NCBI GenBank assembly: GCA_022361395.1
Contig: JAKSAX010000149.1
Location: 8,596-72,595 of the forward strand
Source: Desulfobacterales bacterium
GTDB lineage: Bacteria; Desulfobacterota; Desulfobacteria; Desulfobacterales; Desulfobacteraceae
Length of the DNA: 64,000 bases
Direction of reading: 5' to 3'
This document shows positions 48,269 through 58,925 of the stretch, piece by piece (position 1 is the stretch's first letter; each line of letters starts with the position of its first letter). The notes beneath the pieces were generated by a model. The model was not told the DNA's origin. It saw only the letters and a list, made by a program, of their open reading frames with translations, and ran no database searches. The translations under genes and the position numbers were made by a program.

Positions 48269-50883
48269 ACCCTTCCGGGGGCTAGCCTGGCCATGACCTT
48301 CTTGTGCACCTTCAGCCCCTTTTCAAAATCAAAGCCCAGGATGTGGGTTTCCAGTTCATCGGCCAGGTCAGTCAGTCCGGCCTCAGCCAGGCCGGGCTTG
48401 AGCCGGGTGACCAGGTCTCTTGCCTCCATATCATGTTCCTCCAGACAGCGTTTCATCCGTGCAAGTGCAGGGGGCAGTTCCTCTCCCTGAATCCCTGAAA
48501 CCGGGATTTTTTCAGTAACAGGCCGTTCAACCGAGTTCACCCAGGCCACATCAGCCATGGTCTTTTCAATATCCGCGGAAAACCGGTTATACACCTTTTT
48601 GACCTCAGGGATACATTTGCGGCTCAGGACAGATTCAAGGTCACCGGCACTTTTAAAGAGATTTACCGCACTTATATTTCCTGCGGTCCCTTTAATGGAG
48701 TGGGCATGAAACTCGGCATCTGCCCAGGCACTCGCGTCAATCCCCTGCCTTATCTCCTCCCTGGCGCCCGGCGCAATTTCCAGAAAGGTTTTCAAAAGAC
48801 CGATCAGGGTCTCTTTTTTGCCTGCCACCCGTGCCAGGGCATCCTTAAGATCAATCTCTTCCATATCCGGAAATCTTATATCCGGCGCCTCTTCCCTACT
48901 CTCTGTCTTTTCCCTGCACCTCTCCTTTACCCACTGCCGGATCACGGCAAAAAGGATATCCGGATTAATGGGTTTGCTCACATGGTCATCCATGCCCGCC
49001 TCCAGGCACTCTTTTCTCTTCTCCACCATGGCATGGGCGGTCAGCCCGATGATGGGAATATCGGAATTCAACTTCCTGATTCTCCGGGTGGCCTCATATC
49101 CGTCCATCTCAGGCATCTGTACATCCATGAGAATCACATGGAAATAACCGTTTTTCTCAACCATCTCAACGGCAATAGCCCCGTTGGACGCAATGGTTAC
49201 CACGGCGCCGGCGCTTTCCAGCAGCTCCTTGGCCACCTGCTGATTGATCAGGTTGTCCTCAACCAGGAGGATATTCAGGTTCTCAAACTGAATCCGGTTG
49301 GCAATCCCGCGTGTTTCCGCTATCTGCCGCTTCTCATCCGGGAACCCGTAAAGACTCATCATGGTATCCAGAAGCAGGGACCGGCTCACCGGTTTTATCA
49401 AAAAGTCCGCCACCCCTGCCTCAATGGCGATTTTCCGAATCTCTTCCCTTCCAAAGGCCGTTACCATGATAATCCTTGTCCGGGTTTCCACAAACTGGGG
49501 AAGGGCCATAAGCTGCCGGGTGGCATCGATACCGTCGATATCCGGCATTTTCCAGTCCATGAAAATCATGTCGTAGGGGTCTGTTTCCATCTGTTCTACC
49601 ACCCGGGCCAGGCAGCTCCGTCCGGAATTCACGGTGGTGACATTGATATTGAAATTTTCAAGCCCCTTTTTCAGGATCTGCCTGGCAAGCTTATTGTCAT
49701 CCACAACCAGGGCGGAGAGCCCTGAGATCACGGCAAGTTCTTCCGGGCTTTTCTGGCTCTGTTCAGGCATCTTGAACCAGAGGGAAAACCTGAACGTACT
49801 CCCCCGGGACGGCCGGCTCTCCACCCATATATCCCCCCCCATCATCTGGCAGAGGGTTTTGCATATGGAAAGGCCCAGTCCTGTGCCGCCGTATTTGCGG
49901 GTGGTGGATCCGTCAGCCTGGGTAAAGGGGGAAAAGAGCCGGGAGGTCTCCTCCGGCGACATGCCGATGCCGGTATCCCTGACGCAAAAGTTGAGATTAA
50001 CCCGTGACCCTGTCTGTTCTCCCACTGAGACCCGGATAATGATCTCCCCCTTACTCGTGAACTTGCAGGCATTACTGACCAGGTTGTTCAGGATCTGGGT
50101 CAGGCGCAGGGGGTCCCCGATCAGTTCGTGGGGCACATCCGGTTCCACTGAAATCAGAAATTCCAGCCCTTTTTCCTCGATTTTCTGCCCCATGACGGTA
50201 AGCATATTCTGGAGAATGGTATCAAACCTGAAGTCAACGGATTCGATATCCAGGCGGCCGGCCTCTATCTTTGAAAAGTCAAGCACATCGTTAATTATGC
50301 CCAGAAGGGAATCTGCCGATGCACGAATCTTTACCAGGTAGTCTTTCTGGGCCACGTCCAGGTCGGTTTTCAGGGTGAGGTGGGTGAGCCCGATAATGGC
50401 ATTTAACGGGGTTCGTATCTCATGGGACATATTGGCTAAAAATTCGGATTTTACCAGATTGGCCTGCCGGCTGGCTTCCGCATATTCGACAATGGACTGC
50501 CTGTACTGGTGAAGCTTCAGGAAAAGCCTGATCTTCCCGAGAAACACCTCCTCCACAATGGGTTTGGCGATAAAATCAATGCCCCCGGCCTGAATCCCCT
50601 TGATCTTGTAAAATTCATCCGAATACACCGCAGAGAGAAAAATAATTGGAATATTTTCATTCTTCTCCTCTTTGAGGATGTACCCGGCTGTTTCAAACCC
50701 GTCCATCCCGGGCATCTGCACATCCATGATAATAATGGCAAAATCATGCTCCAGGGCTTTGAACACGGCCTCGTTTCCGGACAGGGCACGGACGATCCGG
50801 ACCGGGATCTCTTCCAGAAGCCGTTCAATGGCAATGATGTTCTCTATCTTATCATCCACCAATAATATCTCAGGTCTCTCCAT
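48265..50883 (-). CDS. REC-HisKA-HATPase-REC-REC-Hpt hybrid kinase
   Basis: ILLVDD, FLANMSHEIRTP, YGGTGLG, AHSIKGTAGNI. ATG 50883 follows GGAGG. Confidence 0.95.
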   Translation of the reverse strand: MERPEILLVDDKIENIIAIERLLEEIPVRIVRALSGNEAVFKALEHDFAIIIMDVQMPGMDGFETAGYILKEEKNENIPIIFLSAVYSDEFYKIKGIQAGGIDFIAKPIVEEVFLGKIRLFLKLHQYRQSIVEYAEASRQANLVKSEFLANMSHEIRTPLNAIIGLTHLTLKTDLDVAQKDYLVKIRASADSLLGIINDVLDFSKIEAGRLDIESVDFRFDTILQNMLTVMGQKIEEKGLEFLISVEPDVPHELIGDPLRLTQILNNLVSNACKFTSKGEIIIRVSVGEQTGSRVNLNFCVRDTGIGMSPEETSRLFSPFTQADGSTTRKYGGTGLGLSICKTLCQMMGGDIWVESRPSRGSTFRFSLWFKMPEQSQKSPEELAVISGLSALVVDDNKLARQILKKGLENFNINVTTVNSGRSCLARVVEQMETDPYDMIFMDWKMPDIDGIDATRQLMALPQFVETRTRIIMVTAFGREEIRKIAIEAGVADFLIKPVSRSLLLDTMMSLYGFPDEKRQIAETRGIANRIQFENLNILLVEDNLINQQVAKELLESAGAVVTIASNGAIAVEMVEKNGYFHVILMDVQMPEMDGYEATRRIRKLNSDIPIIGLTAHAMVEKRKECLEAGMDDHVSKPINPDILFAVIRQWVKERCREKTESREEAPDIRFPDMEEIDLKDALARVAGKKETLIGLLKTFLEIAPGAREEIRQGIDASAWADAEFHAHSIKGTAGNISAVNLFKSAGDLESVLSRKCIPEVKKVYNRFSADIEKTMADVAWVNSVERPVTEKIPVSGIQGEELPPALARMKRCLEEHDMEARDLVTRLKPGLAEAGLTDLADELETHILGFDFEKGLKVHKKVMARLAPGRV

Positions 50884-50896
50884 GGCCTCCCCCTTT

Positions 50897-53800
50897 TTAT
50901 TCGTGGAGCCATACACGCATTGTGGACAGGAGTTTGTCCGAATCCACCGGTTTCATAAGGTAATCGGTTGCACCGGCTTCAAATGAAAGCTGGCGGTCCT
51001 TGATCATGCTTTTGGCCGTCAGGGCGATAATGGGCAGATTCTGATATCCGTCCATATTGCGGATCTGCCGGATCGCTTCATACCCGTCCATTTCCGGCAT
51101 CATGATATCCATCAGCACCAGGTCCACTCCGGCGTCTTCTCTTAGTTTCTCAACCGCCTTTTTTCCGTTGGGGGCCTTGATGAACTCCATCTCATATCCG
51201 TCAAGGGCCGTGATCACCGAATAGATGTTCCGGACATCGTCGTCGGCAATAAGAATTTTTTTACCTTTCAGGACACCGGCATCATCGGTGAGTTCACAGA
51301 TCCGGTCCTTGATCCTGCCCGGCAGTTTTTCAACAACGGAATGGAGAAACAGGGCGATTTCGTCGATAAGCCTGTCTGTTGACATGTCGCTTTTGGCAAT
51401 CATGGCGCTGGCATATTTATTTAACTCAAAAAACTGGTCTTCAGCCAGTTCCATTCCCGTATGGATAATCACAAAGGGCTTTTTGTCCATCTTGTCCAGG
51501 GATCTCAGGAGTTCAAATCCTGTCATATCAGGCAGCTCCAAGTCCAGTATCATGCAGTCATACTCTTTTTCGCCAAGGCGCTTTAGAGCGGTTTTTCCCT
51601 TTTTAACCGCATCTATTTTCACCCCCAGGGGCTTGAACACCTGATCCAGGGTTTCCAGGACATCGGAGAATTCCCCCACGGTTAACAATTTTTTCCTGCC
51701 CCGGGCAAGAATGGAGCTGATCTGTAAAAAGGCGCCGTTCAGATCCGAATCGGAGACCGGTTTGTTCAGGTAGCCGATCACGCCTTTCTGTCCCAGGTTT
51801 TCCGGTTTTTCTTCCACGGACATGATATGGACAGGGATATGACGGGTATGGGGATCGGACTTAAGTTTTTTCAGGACGCCCCACCCGTTGATACCCGGCA
51901 GTTTAATGTCCAGCAGGATAGCGCTGATACGGGTTGCGGTGACAATATCCAGTCCGGTTTCACCATCTGGTGCATGGATACATTTGAAGCCCTTTTCATG
52001 GCAGAAATCATAGAGGATCCGGGCAAAATTAACATCATCCTCAACAATCAGGATGGTCTTGTCTTCAGGGCTGATATCCTGTCTGTCGTCGCCGATACCG
52101 GCCGGAAGTTCCCGGTCCGGTTCCTCCCGGGGCAGGGAATCGGCAACCCCTTCAGACCAGCCGTCTTCAGGCTGCTCAGCCCCCCTGGTACGGTCCGGCA
52201 TCCCGTTTTCAGTTATATGGGTTGAAAGATCCCGGGCAACAAACAGGGTAAAGACAGACCCTTTATCCTCCTGGCTTCTGACCTGGATCTCACCGCCGAG
52301 GAGCCTGGAAAGTTCCCTGCAGATGGTAAGGCCCAGCCCTGTTCCCCCGTATTTTCTGACAATGGTGCCGTCGGCCTGCTGAAAGGCTTCAAAGATCTCC
52401 TGGTGTTTTTCTTCCGGTATTCCCTTGCCTGTGTCAGAAATGGAAACCCCCACTGCATTTTCCGCCGTCAGCGGGCTCATTTTAAAAGCCTGGTCAGCCT
52501 TGGGCCTGAAAAAGCCTATCTTTATGCTGCCGGTATCTGTGAATTTAATGGCGTTTGACATGAAATTTTTAATGATCTGCTCCAATTTCTGACGGTCCGT
52601 TACCAGAGAATCCGAAAGGGCATCATCAACTGAAATACCGAACTCAAGCTCCTTTTCCTTTATCATCTGGGTAAACATATTTTTTATGGTATCCACGATA
52701 TCCTGGTAATATACGGTTTCCGGCCGGACTGTCTTTTTGCCGGATTCTATTTTTGACAGGTCCAGGATGCCGTTGATCAGTTCAAGAAGGTCATTGCCGC
52801 TGTCATGGATGATTTTGGCGTCGTTGACCTGTTTATCGCTGAGATTCCGGGTTTTATTCCTGGACAGGTTTTTCGACAGCAGGAGCATGGAGTTCAGCGG
52901 GGTTCTCAGTTCATGGGACATATTGGCAAGAAACTCCGTTTTATACTTTGTGGCAAGCCCCAGCTGACGGACCTTACTCTCCATCTCTTTCCTGGATAAC
53001 TCAAGCTCGGCATTGGCGGTTTCAATCCGTTCTTTCTGGGTCTCCAGGAGGCTGGTTTTTTCCATGAGTTCTTCATTGGCCACCCTGAGTTCCTCCTGCT
53101 GGGACTGGAGTTCCTCTTCCGAAGCCCTTAATTCATTGGTCTGCTGTTCCAGTTCTTCATTGGACTGTTCCAATGCCTCCTGCTGGCTCTGAAGCTCTTC
53201 AGCCTGGGCCTGGGTCTCCTCTAAAAGCTCCTTGAGCCGGAAACGGGACTCGGCCATGTTCAGGCTGACACCGATATCCGGGGCACTGGCATCCAGAAAC
53301 TCCCGTTTGTGATCATCCAGGGCCCGGGTAAACCCAAGGGCAATGACCCCTTGAAGCACCCCTTCAAATACAATAGGAAAAACATAGATATGGGAAGGGC
53401 TGGATTCCCCCAGCCCGGAAATGATATCCATGGGCACATGGTCTTCAGGTATGCCGGAGAAGTAGATACTCTTCTGCTCCAGGGCCGCCTGCCCGATAAG
53501 CCCTTCGCCGGGCCGGAAAAGATTGTGGTTGGCAGTACGCTCCTTATAGGCATAGGAGGCCACAAGCCGGAGCTGTCCCTCTTCACCTGCCAGGAAAAAC
53601 ACCCCGACACGACTGCCCACATAACCGGCAAGGTGATTCAGGATACCTGAGGAGAGGGTCAATGCATCCTGTTCCCCCCCCATTTCACGGCTCAGGTTGT
53701 TCAGCCCGGTTTTAACCCAGTCCTCCTTTTTGATCCGGGTCTGGTCCACATAAACCATCCGGGCCCCTGTGACCCTTCCGCTCAGGTCCTCCACTGTACT

Positions 53801-55462
53801 GGCATTGTACAGAATCTGCCGGCCGGATGAGGTGAGCTGCACGTCAAAGGATTGCTTTAAGCCGCTTGCCATGGCCTGGGCACAGGTGCAGTTTTCCGTC
53901 CGGCAGTTGGCATTGGCAAAGTGATCGTAGCATTTCCCCCCAACCAGTTTTTTCTGGGATCTGCCCGCCCATTCCACAGCGGTCCTGTTCAGGTAAAGAA
54001 TCTTAAAATCATTGTCTATGATGATAAAGGGCAGGGGAATTTGATCCAGATGGCCGGTCAGGCGCCTGAGAATATTATTTATACCGTCCAGCAGGGTCTG
54101 CCATTTTCCGTTAAAGGGAAGTTCTTCCGAATCAGGCATCAGCTTTCCGGATGCCACATCCCCGACCATGGTCTCCACATGGGAAGCCATCTGGTTGATC
54201 ACCCGGATCATTTCCACCAGGGCTGCAAGGATTCCGGTCTTTTTCCCCGGAAAGTCGGCAGTATCCAGTCTGCCCTCGGATACATCCCTGGCAATCCCGG
54301 CGATAATTGAAGGCTCACCGCCGACCTGGCCCAGGATATCCCTGGCAATGAACAGGGCATAGAAAATCCCAAGAACCAGGGAGACGCCGATACAGACAAG
54401 AATCATCACCATTGTCTGTTTTACGGTGGCAGCATCGGCCTGTTTTCGTATTTCCAGCAGCCGGGCTTCTTCTGTTTCAAACTCCCAGAGCAGTTCCCTG
54501 AGTTCGTCAAAATAGGTCTTCCCCTTTGCCTGGCCGATAATGCCTGCCATATCATCCATGGTGTTGGCATGGAAAATCTCTTTACGAAGGCTTATCAAGG
54601 GGGTGGCGCCGACCTTTTCCCACTGGGCCAGCAGCGCCTGTATATCTCCCAAAAGCGCCACCTGGGACGGATTATCAGCCACCATTTCCCTCAGCATGGC
54701 AACCTGGCGGGAAAAATGTTTTTTCCCCTCTGAATACGGCGCAAGGTAAGACTCACGCCCCGAAAGAAGATACCCCCGCATGCCGCGCTGCATTTCAAGG
54801 GCGTCAGCCTGGAGGGATAATGCCTCACGGATAACCTCATGGGTATGGCTGACCCAGTCCAGGTGACGAAACAATTCGTCCCGGTTCACGCTTCTTGATT
54901 TCCTTGCGGTTTCCAGCCCTGCCCACCGTTTGGCCAGCAGTCCTGTCTCTATCTCTATAAACTGCTCAATCGTTGAAATGAACCTGTCAAACGCACTTTT
55001 TTCCTCCCCGGTCTCCACCATCCTGGCCATATCATTCATGGACTTTGCATCCCCGATCTTCCGGCGAAGGTCAATATAGGGCACGGTGATGTTTTTCTGC
55101 CAGGTTTTTAAAACCGACTTTATCTCATCCAGTTTCATGACCTGGCCGGGGTTATCGCTCACGGCCTGCCTCAATGCGCTGAGTTCTTTGAACGCGGCAG
55201 TGTTTCCCTCCTGGTAAGGGGAGAGAAACTCCTCCTTCCCGGCAAGAAGATATCCCCGCATTCCGGTCTCCATATCAATGGCATGGGCCTTTATATCCCG
55301 TGCATCCCCGATGATCTGGTAGGTATGGGAGACCAGGTGGTTGGAGTCCACAACGGACCTGATGTTGACAACCCCCACCACGCCGATGATCACGGCGACC
55401 AGGAGCGGTCCTAAAACACTGATCAGAATTTTGGAGCGCAGATTCAATTCTCTGATATTCAT
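50897..55462 (-). CDS. Hybrid kinase: tandem CHASE3, HAMP, PAS, GAF, EELQ coiled coil, HisKA, HATPase, three REC
   Basis: GMRGYLL occurs twice; EELQSQQEEL repeats; FLANMSHELRTP; three REC blocks, the second lacking the acidic pair. Confidence 0.93.
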   Translation of the reverse strand: MNIRELNLRSKILISVLGPLLVAVIIGVVGVVNIRSVVDSNHLVSHTYQIIGDARDIKAHAIDMETGMRGYLLAGKEEFLSPYQEGNTAAFKELSALRQAVSDNPGQVMKLDEIKSVLKTWQKNITVPYIDLRRKIGDAKSMNDMARMVETGEEKSAFDRFISTIEQFIEIETGLLAKRWAGLETARKSRSVNRDELFRHLDWVSHTHEVIREALSLQADALEMQRGMRGYLLSGRESYLAPYSEGKKHFSRQVAMLREMVADNPSQVALLGDIQALLAQWEKVGATPLISLRKEIFHANTMDDMAGIIGQAKGKTYFDELRELLWEFETEEARLLEIRKQADAATVKQTMVMILVCIGVSLVLGIFYALFIARDILGQVGGEPSIIAGIARDVSEGRLDTADFPGKKTGILAALVEMIRVINQMASHVETMVGDVASGKLMPDSEELPFNGKWQTLLDGINNILRRLTGHLDQIPLPFIIIDNDFKILYLNRTAVEWAGRSQKKLVGGKCYDHFANANCRTENCTCAQAMASGLKQSFDVQLTSSGRQILYNASTVEDLSGRVTGARMVYVDQTRIKKEDWVKTGLNNLSREMGGEQDALTLSSGILNHLAGYVGSRVGVFFLAGEEGQLRLVASYAYKERTANHNLFRPGEGLIGQAALEQKSIYFSGIPEDHVPMDIISGLGESSPSHIYVFPIVFEGVLQGVIALGFTRALDDHKREFLDASAPDIGVSLNMAESRFRLKELLEETQAQAEELQSQQEALEQSNEELEQQTNELRASEEELQSQQEELRVANEELMEKTSLLETQKERIETANAELELSRKEMESKVRQLGLATKYKTEFLANMSHELRTPLNSMLLLSKNLSRNKTRNLSDKQVNDAKIIHDSGNDLLELINGILDLSKIESGKKTVRPETVYYQDIVDTIKNMFTQMIKEKELEFGISVDDALSDSLVTDRQKLEQIIKNFMSNAIKFTDTGSIKIGFFRPKADQAFKMSPLTAENAVGVSISDTGKGIPEEKHQEIFEAFQQADGTIVRKYGGTGLGLTICRELSRLLGGEIQVRSQEDKGSVFTLFVARDLSTHITENGMPDRTRGAEQPEDGWSEGVADSLPREEPDRELPAGIGDDRQDISPEDKTILIVEDDVNFARILYDFCHEKGFKCIHAPDGETGLDIVTATRISAILLDIKLPGINGWGVLKKLKSDPHTRHIPVHIMSVEEKPENLGQKGVIGYLNKPVSDSDLNGAFLQISSILARGRKKLLTVGEFSDVLETLDQVFKPLGVKIDAVKKGKTALKRLGEKEYDCMILDLELPDMTGFELLRSLDKMDKKPFVIIHTGMELAEDQFFELNKYASAMIAKSDMSTDRLIDEIALFLHSVVEKLPGRIKDRICELTDDAGVLKGKKILIADDDVRNIYSVITALDGYEMEFIKAPNGKKAVEKLREDAGVDLVLMDIMMPEMDGYEAIRQIRNMDGYQNLPIIALTAKSMIKDRQLSFEAGATDYLMKPVDSDKLLSTMRVWLHE

Positions 55463-55487
55463 GGTTCTCCCCCCAGTTTTGTTTTAT

Positions 55488-56357
55488 CTAACTGCCGTTA
55501 AGTCCTGTCTTCCGGTAGATTCTCAGCTTTGGCGCCACCGGTTCAAACTCCCCGGAAACCGATGAGAAATCGAGCCTTTCCTTTGTACCGAGCACCAGTA
55601 TACCGTTATGGACAAGGCTGCGGCTCAGCAGTTCAAGCACCCTGTCCTGCAATTGTTTGTTGAAATAGATCAGTACATTCCTGCAGACAATCAGGTGCAT
55701 GCGGTTGAAAACCGTATCCGTTACAAGGTTATGGGTGGAAAAGGTAATGTTCTGCTTCAGCCGGGAAGGAAGAATGACCTTCCCGTATCTGGCATGGTAA
55801 TAGTCGGAAAACGAGGCCTTTCCACCGGATTTTTTATAATTGTCGGTTCCCTGCTGGACAGCCTCCACCGGATAGATCCCCTGCTCGGCAATCTCAACAG
55901 ACCTGGGATCCATATCCGTGGCATAGATATTAGTCCTTTCGTAAAGCCCCTCTTCGTCCAGGAGAATGGCAAAGGAGTATACCTCCTCCCCGGTGGCACA
56001 CCCGGCATGCCAGATATTGAGTCTGGGAAAAGAGGCTAAAAAAGGGATAACCTCCTCTCTTACCTCCCGGTAGACCGAAGGGTCCCTGAACATCTCAGTC
56101 ACGGAAACGCAGATATGGTTGACAAATTCATCAAAGAGATTTTCATCCCTGAGGATGTCCGGAATGATACGGGAAATCTGCTTATACCCGGATTTAATCA
56201 TGAAATTACGGACCCGCCTGTTCAGGGAGGCGCAGGCATAATCTCTGAAATCATATCCGTATCTTAAATATATAGCCTCAATGAGCAGGCGGATCTCAAT
56301 TCCGGACAGGTCCCCGGTGCGCCGGCATTTTCCATCTGGTGATAAATCCGGATCCAT
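55488..56357 (-). CDS. cheR: CheR-type protein-glutamate methyltransferase
   Basis: VTEMFRD, IWHAGCATGEEVYS, CRNVLIYF. Start uncertain (56357 or 56396). Confidence 0.93.
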   Translation of the reverse strand: MDPDLSPDGKCRRTGDLSGIEIRLLIEAIYLRYGYDFRDYACASLNRRVRNFMIKSGYKQISRIIPDILRDENLFDEFVNHICVSVTEMFRDPSVYREVREEVIPFLASFPRLNIWHAGCATGEEVYSFAILLDEEGLYERTNIYATDMDPRSVEIAEQGIYPVEAVQQGTDNYKKSGGKASFSDYYHARYGKVILPSRLKQNITFSTHNLVTDTVFNRMHLIVCRNVLIYFNKQLQDRVLELLSRSLVHNGILVLGTKERLDFSSVSGEFEPVAPKLRIYRKTGLNGS

Positions 56358-56361
56358 TTTT

Positions 56362-56874
56362 TCAGGCAACACTCCTGAGTTGGGCCACCTCTTCACGGTT
56401 TAACACCTTGTCAATATTCAGCAGCATCTTGACCCCGCTCTCTGTTTTGGCCATGCCGAGGATATAGTCGGTTTCCAGCTGGGTGCCGAACGTGGGGGCA
56501 TCTTCCACATCCTCTGCCTTGATATTCAGGACCTCGGACACGGAATCCACAACAATCCCCACAAGGACGATTTCCGCATCCAGGTCAATTTCCACCACAA
56601 TGATGCACGTCCGTTCATCATAAGCCTGTGAGGCCATGCCGAACCTGAGGCGCAGGTCGATAATGGGAATGACCTTTCCCCTGAGGTTGATCACCCCCTT
56701 TACAAATCCCGGGGTCCTGGGCACCGTTGTGATCTGCATCATTCCGATGATCTCTTTGACCTTGAGAATACCGATACCGTACTCCTCGGATCCCAGGGTA
56801 AAGGTCAGGTACTTACCCGTCTCAATGGTTGTGGCCTTGATTGCCTCATTCATTGCCTGGGTCGTATTGGCCAT
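56362..56874 (-). CDS. cheW: CheW coupling protein
   Basis: YLTFTLGSEEYGI, VKGVINLRGKVIPIIDL, GIVVDSVSEV. Confidence 0.96.
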   Translation of the reverse strand: MANTTQAMNEAIKATTIETGKYLTFTLGSEEYGIGILKVKEIIGMMQITTVPRTPGFVKGVINLRGKVIPIIDLRLRFGMASQAYDERTCIIVVEIDLDAEIVLVGIVVDSVSEVLNIKAEDVEDAPTFGTQLETDYILGMAKTESGVKMLLNIDKVLNREEVAQLRSVA

Positions 56875-56906
56875 GACTGCCTCCTTAAATTAATATGGTT
56901 GTCCTG

Positions 56907-57077
56907 TTATACCAGGTTAGTATTTTCCATGACCGGGCGGATCTCCCTTAACCTCCGGGGCCGGCCGGAAAGCCCGTCTATGGCCCCGTGTATTTCCACG
57001 AATTCCCCGGAGATCGGATCTTTCGCAGCGCTGACAATCACGTTCTTTTTCACAATTTCCCTGATAGACAAGGAGCC
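56907..57077 (-). pseudogene. Possible decayed C-terminal fragment of an MCP
   Basis: A stop-bounded frame REIVKKNVIVSAA...LSGRPRRLREI aligns without gaps to the MCP tail [13 protein letters not shown]...[11 protein letters not shown] at about 20% identity. Confidence 0.25.
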
Positions 57078-57511
57078 TCATAAGCATACGTTTTACTGAC
57101 AGATTATGACCATGCCTGATAACTGACCTTTTACCCGGTTCCCGGATTTCAGCAGAATTTGAACCAGTGGATATGGAATACAGCGCCTTGAATAAAAGCC
57201 GGAGTTTGAATTATCAGAGGTAACTTTACGGTGGAAACAGCTGGTCTTTTTTAGACTATATTACAAAAAACATGCCGCGTTTTCCAGAGTGTGATGCAAA
57301 AAAAATTCGCCGTGACTGTATAAATCTGCCTCACCAGCACCCTGGCAGGGGTTCCGGCATTTCCCTTTCTTGCTCAAAGACCCTGTTCCCTCCGGACAGA
57401 TCATTCCCCACACCGGGTTTTCCATGACCTGACGCTTGATTTTGAATTATCCTGCTATACAATTACGGGACTTATGCTGTGAACAGATTAATTTAACCCA
57501 GGGGATATCCC

Positions 57512-58549
57512 ATGACGCTTTTGTTTTTTTACATTTTTCTGGCCCTCTTTTTTTCATTCCTCTGCTCCCTGATGGAGGCCGTATTCCTGAGCATCCCCTA
57601 CTCCTATATTGCACTGGTGGATAAAAAGAACAAAAAGGACGGCAAACGGCTTCACCGCCTCAAGGCAGATACGGATAAGTCCCTTTCCGCCATTCTCAGC
57701 CTTAACACCATTGCCCATACCGTGGGGGCGGCCGGGGCCGGGGCACAGGCCACGGCTGTATTCGGAAATCAATATGTCGGGATCATCTCCGCCGTGCTGA
57801 CCCTGTTGATCCTGGTGGTTTCCGAGATTATCCCCAAGTCCCTGGGAGCCGCAAACTGGCGCAGGCTGGCTAGACCGGTGGCCATTGGCCTGGACATCTT
57901 GATTATTGTCATGTTTCCCTTTGTATGGATCTCCCGGTATATCACCCGGATATTTACCTCCGGGGAAGAATCCGACGTATTCTGCAAGGAAGAGTTTACC
58001 GCCATGGCTGAACTGGGGGAAAAATCAGGAAAGCTGAAAAAACAGGAGGGCAGAATACTGAGAAGCCTCTTCCGGTTCAACACACTCAGGGTGGAAGACA
58101 TCATGACCCCGAGAACCGTGGTGTTTGCCCTTAAAGAAGATATGGAAATCCGGGAAGTGGTCAGGGATCACCCAGATATGATTTTTTCCAGGATCCCGGT
58201 TTTCCGGGAATCCATAGACCTGGTCACCGGCTATGTGATGAAGGATGAAATCCTGGAATCCTCATCCAGGGATGAGCACGGAAAACCCGTATCCGACTTA
58301 AAAAGGAAAATTCACAGGGTGCCGGAAACCATGCTGCTTACCGATCTCTACGATATCCTGATCACCCAGCGCACCCACCTTTGTGTGGTCAATGACGCCT
58401 ATGGGGGCACTGCCGGTATCGTAACCATGGAAGATGTGGTGGAAACCCTGTTGGGAATGGAGATCATGGATGAACTGGATGTCACCACAGATATGCAGGC
58501 CCTTGCCCGGTCCCAGTGGCAGGAGCGCATCAGGCAGACTGAAGGTTAA
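57512..58549 (+). CDS. CNNM/DUF21-CBS (CorB/hemolysin-like) transporter
   Basis: SFLCSLMEA, SEIIPKSLG, IMTPR, FSRIPV, GIVTMEDVVE. Confidence 0.93.
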   Translation: MTLLFFYIFLALFFSFLCSLMEAVFLSIPYSYIALVDKKNKKDGKRLHRLKADTDKSLSAILSLNTIAHTVGAAGAGAQATAVFGNQYVGIISAVLTLLILVVSEIIPKSLGAANWRRLARPVAIGLDILIIVMFPFVWISRYITRIFTSGEESDVFCKEEFTAMAELGEKSGKLKKQEGRILRSLFRFNTLRVEDIMTPRTVVFALKEDMEIREVVRDHPDMIFSRIPVFRESIDLVTGYVMKDEILESSSRDEHGKPVSDLKRKIHRVPETMLLTDLYDILITQRTHLCVVNDAYGGTAGIVTMEDVVETLLGMEIMDELDVTTDMQALARSQWQERIRQTEG

Positions 58550-58647
58550 CCCGGATATTTCCGGGCTAAGGGACTGAACATAAATCGTCTGAAGCTGAGA
58601 AGGCTGAAGTATCGTCTAAGTATTTCCCGGTTTATTTTTTATCTTCC

Positions 58648-58677
58648 TTGACAATCCCCCCTGTTCGAAAATAGACT
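58648..58677 (+). promoter_or_regulatory. Sigma70-like promoter about 250 nt upstream of the MCP
   Basis: TTGACA-18-TAGACT. Confidence 0.5.
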
Positions 58678-58925
58678 GCTATCGCTAAATGAGATCTATA
58701 AATTCAGGGAGGTAGAATGCAAATCTAAAACACGTTCTCTGCATAGACCCGATCCTTGTTCGCGTGATGAACCACAGACCTTGTCCGATAATCGTATTTA
58801 ATGGGTCAGCAGGCAAATATCAGCACAACACCCCGCCTGTCTCACAAAAAGTTCCGGTTCTGTCTAATAAATCAAGCCGTTAAGCGTTTCCAAAACAGCA
58901 TCTATAAATTCTGAGGAGGAAGGAA

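Noticed and set aside
53030-53230. Repetitive DNA in the large kinase as a tandem repeat or CRISPR
   Set aside because: It encodes EELQ coiled-coil heptads; there are no fixed repeats with spacers.
58730-58925. c-di-GMP riboswitch or sigma28 promoter before the MCP
   Set aside because: GGCAAA is present but the GAAA tetraloop and GACGCAAAGC are missing. TCCGATAA lacks a correctly spaced -35.
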